From Minisyncoccia bacterium (GTDB lineage Bacteria > Patescibacteriota > Minisyncoccia > Phycocordibacterales > UBA918): DNA of 64,000 nt. The notes below the pieces were generated by a model. The model had not been told where the DNA came from. It was given only the letters and a program-made list of their open reading frames with translations, and made no database searches. Made by a program: the position numbers and the translations under genes. The number at the start of each line of letters is the position of its first letter. Position 1 is the stretch's first letter. The stretch lies in the NCBI GenBank assembly GCA_041736805.1, contig JBGSSW010000008.1, positions 2,897 through 66,896 of the forward strand, read 5' to 3'. Positions 47,369 through 55,596 of this stretch are shown piece after piece.

Positions 47369-48424
47369 ATGTCGTCCTTTGATTTTGATTTAGAAATTAA
47401 ACACCATCTCGATGTTGCCCGCTCACTCCAAAAACCGTCCGGAGTTTTTACCGCTTCAGCTCATAATGTCTCGACGGGTTACGACAAAGCTTGGCTGCGG
47501 GATATTTATTTTATGACGCTTGGCTTCTTAGAGAATGGCGAAATTGAAACTGTTCAAAAAGCCGCTAAAGCCTTGCTTTCAGTTTTTGTAAAGCATAAGG
47601 ACAAAATTAACTGGGCGATTGAACACAAGCCACACTATGCTTGGCAGTACATTCACGCCCGTTTCAATCCGGAGACTTTTGAAGAGTATTGGGAAGAATG
47701 GGGCAATAGTCAAAATGATGCAGTGGGGGAGGTTTTAAATATTTTAGTTGAGCTAGAGCTCCGTGGCGCTAGTGTAATTGAAATGGAAGAAGAAAGAGAG
47801 ATGGTGCAAAAGATTGTCGACTATTTGGTGTCACTAGAGTATTGGCAAGACGAAGACAATGGTATTTGGGAAGAAAATATGGAAGTCCACGCTTCTTCAA
47901 TTGGGGCTTGTGTGGCGGCTCTCAAAAAGGCCAAACAACTCCCGTGGCTGAGTGTCTCTGATGATGCGATTCATTTAGGCGAACAAGCCTTGCGTGAACT
48001 TTTACCACGGGAGTCTAAGTCTAAGTTTGCCGACCTAGCTTTGCTTTCACTTATTTATCCTTTTGCAGTGACGACGCAAGAGGAGACCGAACAAATTTTA
48101 CGCAATGTCGAGTATCATCTCACAAAAGATAAGGGAGTGATTCGCTACAAACTTGATCGGTATTACAACCAAAACGTCGATGGTTACAGTGAAGAGGCTG
48201 AGTGGTGTTTTGGTCTGTCCTGGCTAGCGATTATTTATGCAGAGCGAGGTGAAAAAGATAAGGCCTATTATTACTTACGAAAGGCTAAGGCAGCGGTTAC
48301 GCCCGAAGGCTTAGTACCAGAACTATATTATTCTCATACCAGCAAACCAAATGATAATACTCCCCTTGGTTGGTCGGAAAGTATGTATATAGTGGCATTG
48401 AAGAAAGTGAAAGATTTAGGCTAG
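47369..48424 (+). CDS. glycoside hydrolase family 15-like protein (glucoamylase/glucodextranase-like (alpha/alpha)6 barrel)
   Basis: AWLRD (WxRD), NGIWEE (catalytic LWEE-type motif), GWSESM. Confidence 0.55.
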   Translation: MSSFDFDLEIKHHLDVARSLQKPSGVFTASAHNVSTGYDKAWLRDIYFMTLGFLENGEIETVQKAAKALLSVFVKHKDKINWAIEHKPHYAWQYIHARFNPETFEEYWEEWGNSQNDAVGEVLNILVELELRGASVIEMEEEREMVQKIVDYLVSLEYWQDEDNGIWEENMEVHASSIGACVAALKKAKQLPWLSVSDDAIHLGEQALRELLPRESKSKFADLALLSLIYPFAVTTQEETEQILRNVEYHLTKDKGVIRYKLDRYYNQNVDGYSEEAEWCFGLSWLAIIYAERGEKDKAYYYLRKAKAAVTPEGLVPELYYSHTSKPNDNTPLGWSESMYIVALKKVKDLG

Positions 48425-48450
48425 GGCTGCGTATTAATAAGTAGAAGTAC

Positions 48451-48489
48451 AAAAACACGACCCACTTTTGTGGGTCGTGTTTTTGTTTT
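48451..48489. terminator. rho-independent terminator
   Basis: aaaaacacgaccca-cttttg-tgggtcgtgttttt. Confidence 0.65.
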
Positions 48490-49083
48490 ATGAGTTATAA
48501 TAGGAGAATGATAAAAGCAATTTATGTACTAGTAGCCTTGGCGGTAACCTTAGTTCTTTTTGGTGTGCTGTTAAACAAAAGTAATAACGTAAATAACAGA
48601 GGTGAGGTTGCTTGTACAATGGACGCCATGATGTGTCCGGACGGAAGTTATGTGGGACGCTCAGGAGCTAATTGTGAGTTTGTTTGCCCACCACTTCCAG
48701 AAGTACCAGACGATGTGCAGGCGCAGATAGACGCCAAAGTTGATTTGATAAAACTTACTAGTCCAGTACCAAATGGATTGATAGAAAGTCCAATAGCTAT
48801 TTCCGGTCAAGCTAGAGGGCCTTGGTTTTTTGAAGCTAGTTTTCCTATCTTTTTGACTAATTGGGATGGTTTGATTATTGCTGAAGGATACGCTACCGCA
48901 AAAGGGGATTGGATGACCGAGGAATTTGTTCCTTTTGCAGCCGAATTAGAGTTCGCTGATCCTTATCAAGAAGGAAGTCAGGATTTTATGAAAAAAGGAA
49001 CGTTGATTCTAAAAAAAGATAATCCATCCGGGTTGCCCGAGCACGATGACGCCCTCGAAATCCCAGTTCGCTTTGCACCTTAA
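48490..49083 (+). CDS. secreted/membrane-anchored protein with a C-terminal Gmad2-like Ig-fold domain (tentative)
   Basis: N-terminal TM, a Cys-rich stretch (CTMDAMMCPDG..CEFVCPP), then GQARGPWFFEASFPIFL. Confidence 0.35.
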   Translation: MSYNRRMIKAIYVLVALAVTLVLFGVLLNKSNNVNNRGEVACTMDAMMCPDGSYVGRSGANCEFVCPPLPEVPDDVQAQIDAKVDLIKLTSPVPNGLIESPIAISGQARGPWFFEASFPIFLTNWDGLIIAEGYATAKGDWMTEEFVPFAAELEFADPYQEGSQDFMKKGTLILKKDNPSGLPEHDDALEIPVRFAP

Positions 49084-49214
49084 GAGAATTCTTTGCTACA
49101 ATTATTGGTAAGAGAATTAGTAATTTAAGATAAAATATTTATGGCCAAGGGAGAAGATAGACGAAAAGAAAAAAAGAAGCCAAAAAAAGATAAAGGAGAG
49201 TTGAAGTAGAAGAT

Positions 49215-49252
49215 AAAAACGGCAGGCCCTAGGGCCTGCCGTTTTTATTTTG
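49215..49252. terminator. rho-independent terminator
   Basis: aaaaacggcaggccct-agggcctgccgttttt. Confidence 0.65.
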
Positions 49253-49284
49253 CAGCTCTACACAATAGTGTACACTTAAAAGAT

Positions 49285-49593
49285 ATGAGTCTTTATAAAG
49301 AATATATTACATACTTAAAAGATAACCCAAAGGGCTATTGGTTTAAGCGTAAGCTTTACGGTTGGGGTTGGACACCAGCCAGGTGGCAGGGCTGGTTAAC
49401 TCTTGGGATTTTTATTTTTTTGATAGCACTCAATTTTTTTCGCTTAGATTCAGTTTCACATTCAGCTAGCGATACTTTATACAATTTTCTTCCGCAGACA
49501 ATTGTGATGGTTTTGATTCTAATAAGTGTTTGCTATAGAAAAGGTGAGAAGCCTAGTTGGCAGTGGGGACTTAAAGATGGAGGAGATAAGTAG
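49285..49593 (+). CDS. small membrane protein
   Basis: 102 aa with two TM segments. Confidence 0.4.
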   Translation: MSLYKEYITYLKDNPKGYWFKRKLYGWGWTPARWQGWLTLGIFIFLIALNFFRLDSVSHSASDTLYNFLPQTIVMVLILISVCYRKGEKPSWQWGLKDGGDK

Positions 49594-49640
49594 AAACATA
49601 CCCTTACATCATAAGCAAAAATAGTGTATGGTACTCACCT

Positions 49641-51122
49641 ATGTCACGAAGTGATGGAATTATCGTCTTTAAAGACGTCTCATATGAATACGATGCCACT
49701 AGACCTATTTTGCGAGGAGCTAATTTTGTGGTGCGTCGAGGGGCAAAACTAACTCTGATGGGTCAAAATGGAGCTGGTAAAAGTACTATCTTCTCTTTGA
49801 TTACTAGAGACCGACATCCAGATGAAGGTGACATCAATATTGAACCAAAAACCTCCATTGCTGTTTCAAGACAAATTATTCCACGGGCTGAATTAGAACT
49901 AACAGTCAGAGCTTTTTTTGAACAATGTTTCTCAGAAAAGGTTTATGATATTGACCCAAAGATTGACGCTGTCTTGGAGGTGGTGAATTTAACTCCGACT
50001 GACAAGCAAAAAGAAACTTTCAAGGATAGGATCATTGGCAGCTTCTCGGGTGGACAGCAGGCTCGCCTACTATTAGCTCAGGCTTTGATACAAAATCCAG
50101 ACGTTCTACTGCTTGACGAACCAACCAACAACCTTGATGTAGCTGGAATTGAACATCTAACTATCTTCCTAAAAGAATACCCCAAGACAGTTTTGGTAAT
50201 TTCTCACGACGCTGATTTTTTGAATGCTTTCACTCATGGCGTACTTTACCTAAATACCCAAAGACGACAAGTCGAGCAATATAATGGAAACTATCATGCG
50301 GTAGTGAAAGATATCGCAGCCCAAGTCGAGAAAGAACAGCGTGAAAATGCCAGACTCTCGAAGCAAATTCAGGCCGACAAAGACAAGATTAACTATTTTG
50401 CTAATAAGGGAGGAAAGATGCGTCTGGTAGCTAAGCGGATGCGTGATGAAATCGAGGAAGCAGAAGAAAATAAAGTTGATGTTCGCCGTGAGGATAAAAC
50501 CATTCGTCCGTTCACTATCGAACCACATGCCGATATTCCTCTTGAAGTGGTAAAGCTTAGCTCATGCCAAGTGATCCGCAATCACGAACCAAAAGAAGTC
50601 GAGTGTCATGTCCTGCTAAAGCGGGGAATGCATTTACAGATTATTGGACCAAACGGTATAGGCAAGACGACCTTGCTTGAGAAATTGGCTTCTGGACACG
50701 CCAAAGGAGAACACGTTACTCCTGGGGTAAAGATTGGCTACTACCGTCAAGACTTTTCGAACTTGGCTTTCGACAAGACAGTTTTTGAGACGTTGATGGA
50801 TTCAATGGAACGAAAAGTCGAAGAAGAGATGAGAAGTATTGCGGCTGGTTTCTTGCTCTTTGGTGACGTGATGAAGACTAAGGTTGGAAATCTGTCTGAA
50901 GGACAAAAAGGTTTGGTAGCTTTTGCTAAACTAACGATGGAAAAACCAGGACTACTTATTCTTGACGAACCAACTAACCACATTAACTTCCGTCATATTC
51001 CAGTGATCGCTAAGGCTTTGCATGACTATAAGGGAGCTATGATTCTCGTTTCCCACGTGCCAGAGTTTGTGGAACAAATTCACATCGACGAAGTGCTTGA
51101 TTTGGCTAAGCTTAAGAAATAG
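49641..51122 (+). CDS. ABC-F family ATPase (tandem ABC domains, no TM domain; translation factor/ARE-like)
   Basis: Two Walker A sites (GQNGAGKST, GPNGIGKTT), two signature motifs (FSGGQQ, LSEGQKG), and a linker between them. Confidence 0.8.
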   Translation: MSRSDGIIVFKDVSYEYDATRPILRGANFVVRRGAKLTLMGQNGAGKSTIFSLITRDRHPDEGDINIEPKTSIAVSRQIIPRAELELTVRAFFEQCFSEKVYDIDPKIDAVLEVVNLTPTDKQKETFKDRIIGSFSGGQQARLLLAQALIQNPDVLLLDEPTNNLDVAGIEHLTIFLKEYPKTVLVISHDADFLNAFTHGVLYLNTQRRQVEQYNGNYHAVVKDIAAQVEKEQRENARLSKQIQADKDKINYFANKGGKMRLVAKRMRDEIEEAEENKVDVRREDKTIRPFTIEPHADIPLEVVKLSSCQVIRNHEPKEVECHVLLKRGMHLQIIGPNGIGKTTLLEKLASGHAKGEHVTPGVKIGYYRQDFSNLAFDKTVFETLMDSMERKVEEEMRSIAAGFLLFGDVMKTKVGNLSEGQKGLVAFAKLTMEKPGLLILDEPTNHINFRHIPVIAKALHDYKGAMILVSHVPEFVEQIHIDEVLDLAKLKK

Positions 51123-51212
51123 TAAGAATCTGACAGAGGAATAAAAGTGGTGCGGACCTTCGGTCCGTGGGGCAGTTGCTTAAAGTAAGATATTTAGCCC
51201 AACAGGTTAATA

Positions 51213-51236
51213 CCCCAATCGATTGGGGTTTTGTTT
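51213..51236. terminator. rho-independent terminator
   Basis: ccccaatcgattgggg followed by ttttgttt. Confidence 0.55.
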
Positions 51237-51317
51237 AGATTTGATATTGGTCGAATATAAAAAGAAAAAGCCCCAACCATTGCTGGTGGGGTTTCGGAAT
51301 AGGGTGTGGGAAATGGG

Positions 51318-52091
51318 TCAGCTTCCCAGAATCTCGTTTGCTTGTTCCGTCCACAAAGTTTGCCAATTCTTGTGGAAGTACCAGGTTGCCCAAATGACTG
51401 TCAAAGGCAGCAAATGGTACAACTCCACCTCTAGTACTGAAGGGAAATGTTGCCCAAATCCTTTAACCAGTGCCATTAGTCCAAAGCAGCTTAGTAGATT
51501 TAGGACTACCCAGTTTCCAAGTAGGCGACTTATTGTCTTTAACTTAATGGAAGCGTTGTGACCAACTTTCTTTACAGCCCAAGTTAAGGCGAGAGAAGTT
51601 TGGGTAGTCAAAGCTACTGTAAGACCAATTACACAAAGACCCAAGGCAAGTTGGTACCTAGACCAGTCGCTGGTTTGGATAGCTACACCAGCAGCCACGG
51701 GTATGCAGTCAAGACTTACAGATAGAACACTTGCTGATAGCCAGAACATAAACCAGCGACGACCGACGATAGTTTCTATTTTTTCGGTCAGTGACCACCT
51801 AGAAATCTTTCCTTGCCACTTCGCCATTAGTTCGTAAAGGTAGAGGTTCACTACACAAAATCCACCTATACCAATTGGTAGCAGAAGTGAGGCGAAGCTT
51901 TTGTCCAGGAGATAGATTCCTCCTATGATTGTTCCCATAAGCACCACATGCGCGAAAGCGGCTGGAGCCGTCCAGTTAAGAAAACTCAGTTTCTCACTCG
52001 TTGCTTTCGCTAGGGTGTAGAAGAAGATATCAATTGAGATTGAGACTCCAACCCAAAAGGCGAAGCTCAAAACCATGACGTTGTTAAGCAT
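51318..52091 (-). CDS. hypothetical polytopic membrane protein
   Basis: 257 aa with 7-8 TM segments. Confidence 0.45.
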   Translation of the reverse strand: MLNNVMVLSFAFWVGVSISIDIFFYTLAKATSEKLSFLNWTAPAAFAHVVLMGTIIGGIYLLDKSFASLLLPIGIGGFCVVNLYLYELMAKWQGKISRWSLTEKIETIVGRRWFMFWLSASVLSVSLDCIPVAAGVAIQTSDWSRYQLALGLCVIGLTVALTTQTSLALTWAVKKVGHNASIKLKTISRLLGNWVVLNLLSCFGLMALVKGFGQHFPSVLEVELYHLLPLTVIWATWYFHKNWQTLWTEQANEILGS

Positions 52092-52182
52092 TAGCTTCTC
52101 CTTTTCAAGGAACTAGTTTAAAGAACGATTTATTTGAATAAAACGCTATTTCTTTTCATTGGTCAAGTTTATTGTAATTAGT

Positions 52183-52533
52183 TCAAATACTTCTACCGTC
52201 GTATTCATTTACTTTTAGTTCTGTAATATCAAAGTCTTCAAGGCAATTGAGATTAATCATCACCATATAATTCCCGTTTCCGTCATGCCCGCGGGCGAAA
52301 GATTGTACCCCACAAGTTTTACAAAAAACGTGATCGATGTGGTGTTTGTTGAAATGATAAGTCGTTAAATTGTCTTGACCAGAAAGCAGTGTAAAATCAG
52401 TCTCTGGGACAAAGGCTAAAAGAAAGCCTTTGCGCTGACAGTGACTACAATTGCACCTCATACTCTCATTAAAATCACCTTTTGTTTCATACTTCACGGC
52501 TCCACAATGACAACTACCTTTATGTGTTTTCAT
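52183..52533 (-). CDS. GFA family protein (glutathione-dependent formaldehyde-activating enzyme / CENP-V-like Zn-Cys fold)
   Basis: GSCHCGAV..CNCSHC..CKTCG Cys pattern typical of GFA. Confidence 0.6.
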   Translation of the reverse strand: MKTHKGSCHCGAVKYETKGDFNESMRCNCSHCQRKGFLLAFVPETDFTLLSGQDNLTTYHFNKHHIDHVFCKTCGVQSFARGHDGNGNYMVMINLNCLEDFDITELKVNEYDGRSI

Positions 52534-52536
52534 AAA

Positions 52537-52980
52537 TTATTTCAAAGTTACTTGATGTGTTTTTGCTAAATCCTTAAGACCACCGGAAATTAATTTTTTT
52601 AAGATTTCCAAATCAATTCCCTCCAAGCTTTTGAGGTAAAGACAACCTTTACCAAGTTTATGGGTAACAATATTTTTTAGTAAATTTCCATAGTTTTGGT
52701 AGCCAGGCATGATGTAGATGGTTGGTCCGCTCTTCCGGGGTGAGAAGCCAGTAGCAAAATACGAACCTTCATCTCCATTACTACGATAATAAACATACTC
52801 ACCAAAGCCGACCATGGTTCCGCCCCACAGCTTTGGTTTTGCTCCTGTAACTGCTTTGAATAATTTAAGTAAAGTTTGGGAATCACTTTTCAGTGAGTCG
52901 TTTTCAATGTTATTTATAAAGTCAGTCACACTAGCTGTACTTTTACCAGTTTTGAGGATTATTTTTTTAGCCATTACCAC
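52537..52980 (-). CDS. DUF1801-like protein (YdhG/YdeI-type)
   Basis: LWGGTMVGFGEYVYY resembles the DUF1801 core. Confidence 0.4.
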   Translation of the reverse strand: MVMAKKIILKTGKSTASVTDFINNIENDSLKSDSQTLLKLFKAVTGAKPKLWGGTMVGFGEYVYYRSNGDEGSYFATGFSPRKSGPTIYIMPGYQNYGNLLKNIVTHKLGKGCLYLKSLEGIDLEILKKLISGGLKDLAKTHQVTLK

Positions 52981-53011
52981 TATTATAACAAAGTTGTATA
53001 CTTAAAAATAT

Positions 53012-53314
53012 ATGAAGAAAAATTCCTACACCATGACTGAAAAAGTTTATCTTTATCCAGGGGAGACAGCTAATTGGCATTTTGTCCCGATTACAAAAAA
53101 GATTGGCCAAGAAATCAAGGAAACTTGTGGTAAACCAGCTCGTGGCTTTGGAGCAGTGAAAGTCGAAGTGACTATCGGAAAGACAACTTGGTTGACTTCA
53201 ATGTTCCCTGATAAATATTCCGGTAGTTACATTTTGCCACTCAAAGCCCAGATAAGAAAAAAGGAAGACATCTACGCCGAAGACAAGATTAAATTCAGAA
53301 TTACTTTAGTGTAA
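53012..53314 (+). CDS. DUF1905-like protein
   Basis: ANWHFVPI..GFGAVKVEVTIGKTTWLTSMFPD resembles DUF1905. Confidence 0.45.
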   Translation: MKKNSYTMTEKVYLYPGETANWHFVPITKKIGQEIKETCGKPARGFGAVKVEVTIGKTTWLTSMFPDKYSGSYILPLKAQIRKKEDIYAEDKIKFRITLV

Positions 53315-55384
53315 TTTTTTCTTTCGTTTAATATATTCAGCCGCAATATGGGAAGCGATAAAGATGGCTAGGGAAATGAGGATGAAATTTAAGTTGATGG
53401 CGTCGGCAGTGATACCGTTTTTGGCAAATTCTTCGACGCTGATAGAAGCACCGATAGCGACAAAAGTAGTGATACCAAGTAGGGTGCCGAGCATTGTTGC
53501 TAGCAAGAATGGTGTGAAGGGAATTTTTAAAAGACCAGCTCCATAGGCTACTAAATCAAAAGGGAAGAAAGTAAGGCGCATCATTAAAATCGCCATAAAC
53601 GGGTTTTTGTGTAGGTAATCTGTCCAGTTGCTAAGAGATTTTTTGTAACCAGCGATGGCCTGACTAAAATAACTGCCGACAAAGTAAGCTACCGCTGCCG
53701 ATAAACTAGCCCCGACTATGGTGTAGAGAATTCCCCATAGACCAAAGAACACTCCTGATAGAATCGTGAGAGCGGTGCCAGGGAAGAAGGTGATTGGTCT
53801 AATCGTGTAGGCAACTATGTAAAGCAGCGGAGCCCACGGAGTGGAAGTAATGGCCATGAAAATCTTGAGCGAGAGCTCGCTGGGAGTTAGGCCAAAACTC
53901 TGTTGGTAGACATAAAGTGAGACCAAACCATAAATCCAAAGACCAGCTACTATTAATTTTGGAGCCAGTTTTTTGGTAGCGTAAAAAAGGTCGGTTTTTA
54001 AATCGATAAATTGCTGAGCTAGAAAATAATCGCCAGCTTTTTTGATGATAAGAGAATACGTAGGGTAAGCAAAAATAGTGGACCGTAGACGATAGAGGGA
54101 AATATTATTTTCCATGGCTAAGGTAAGGGTACCAATGAGTTCACCAGCACGCGGACCGATAATATGAGCGCCAAGGATTTTGCCGGAGAGACGTTTAGCT
54201 ACTACAACCAACATACCCTCTGTATCGTCATCAGTCCGCGCGCGATCATTATTGGCAAAAGATACTTCAATACGTCGGATTTTTTCTTCTCCCAATTCTT
54301 CTTTAGCTTCATCCCACGATAACCCCATTTGGGCAATTTCAGGTTCGGTATAAGTAACTTTAGGAACAACTTTATCCTTAATTGAAAATAGTCCTTGACT
54401 AATTATGCGAGTAACTACCTGTCTGGCGATATCATCAGCTACGTGGGTGAACTTAAGTCGAGCCGAGACATCCCCAAGAGCATAGACATCCTTATTGTTA
54501 GTTTGCCAATTTTTATTAACCACAATTCCGAAAGGACTACTTTTAATTCTAGCCACTTCGAGGCCTTCAGGGAGATTGGGAACGCGACCAATTGCGACTA
54601 AGACTTTATCAAAGGGGATTTGTTCAAGACGGACAGCTTCGCTGTCCGTCTCCTTTACCTCCACCGTCATTATTCCCTCAACGGCATGTTTCACCGCAGC
54701 ATTAAGGATGATGTTAATCCCTAGGTCAGTAAATTTTTTGTAAATAATAGGTCTAATAGCTTCGTCTTCCAGTCGAGCAAATTCTGGCCCGTTTTCAATA
54801 ATTGTGACGTTACTACCCAACATGGCAAGAGCTTGTCCCATTTCCATACCAATCGGTCCACCGCCAACGATTAGGGTTCTAGTTGGTGTTTCATTTAAGT
54901 TAAATAAGTTTTGATTAGTAAGCACCTTTTCTTCCCCAAGACCTATGATATCTATACTTCTGGGTGAAGAACCAGTGGCGATAATAGATTTTTTAAATTT
55001 GTAGGAATTATCACTTACCTTTATTTCATTAAGTCCGATAAATCTGGCCTCACCAAGCACAACCTCAATGCCTAAGTTTTGAAAGTGTTCTGGGGTTTCA
55101 TCAATTAAAATGGAATCGACAATTTGTCTAACGTATTTAAAAGCTTCCTTGCGGTAGGTATCACTTTGGTAGGTTTTGCCAGCAATTTTAGTGGCTTGAT
55201 AATATTGCTTGGCGTGATGTAAGAGGGCCTTGCTAGGAATACAACCAGAATTAGTGCATTCGCCCCCTAGGTGTTCACGTTCTATAAGCAATACTTTTTT
55301 ACCAACTTTGCTAAGTCCAACAGCTGCCGTCAGTCCACCTGATCCTGCTCCGACCACTACTACATCATAAAGTTTAGAATCCAT
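53306..55384 (-). CDS. fusion protein: class I pyridine nucleotide-disulfide oxidoreductase (dihydrolipoamide dehydrogenase/mercuric reductase-like) N-terminal domain plus DedA/TVP38 (SNARE-associated) membrane domain
   Basis: GAGSGG FAD motif, redox-active CTNSGCIPSK, an NAD Rossmann fold (GGGPIGME) and a dimerisation domain. The C-terminal ~230 aa are polytopic and DedA-like. Confidence 0.7.
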   Translation of the reverse strand: MDSKLYDVVVVGAGSGGLTAAVGLSKVGKKVLLIEREHLGGECTNSGCIPSKALLHHAKQYYQATKIAGKTYQSDTYRKEAFKYVRQIVDSILIDETPEHFQNLGIEVVLGEARFIGLNEIKVSDNSYKFKKSIIATGSSPRSIDIIGLGEEKVLTNQNLFNLNETPTRTLIVGGGPIGMEMGQALAMLGSNVTIIENGPEFARLEDEAIRPIIYKKFTDLGINIILNAAVKHAVEGIMTVEVKETDSEAVRLEQIPFDKVLVAIGRVPNLPEGLEVARIKSSPFGIVVNKNWQTNNKDVYALGDVSARLKFTHVADDIARQVVTRIISQGLFSIKDKVVPKVTYTEPEIAQMGLSWDEAKEELGEEKIRRIEVSFANNDRARTDDDTEGMLVVVAKRLSGKILGAHIIGPRAGELIGTLTLAMENNISLYRLRSTIFAYPTYSLIIKKAGDYFLAQQFIDLKTDLFYATKKLAPKLIVAGLWIYGLVSLYVYQQSFGLTPSELSLKIFMAITSTPWAPLLYIVAYTIRPITFFPGTALTILSGVFFGLWGILYTIVGASLSAAVAYFVGSYFSQAIAGYKKSLSNWTDYLHKNPFMAILMMRLTFFPFDLVAYGAGLLKIPFTPFLLATMLGTLLGITTFVAIGASISVEEFAKNGITADAINLNFILISLAIFIASHIAAEYIKRKKKLH

Positions 55385-55596
55385 ATCATTCTATAGTAGC
55401 AAACTTTATAATGTTAAGTAACCTTTACATGAGTATTTTGTAGGTAGGCGGTTGCTCAATAGGGTTAAATATCGTATAGTATCCGCGTTAAGCCAATTTT
55501 GGCTTTTTCTTTTCTCCATGCCTTATAAATAGGGCCGTCGGTATGAAAGGGAGTATCAAATTATTAATACATATATAAGTAAGTAGTAAAAAATTT

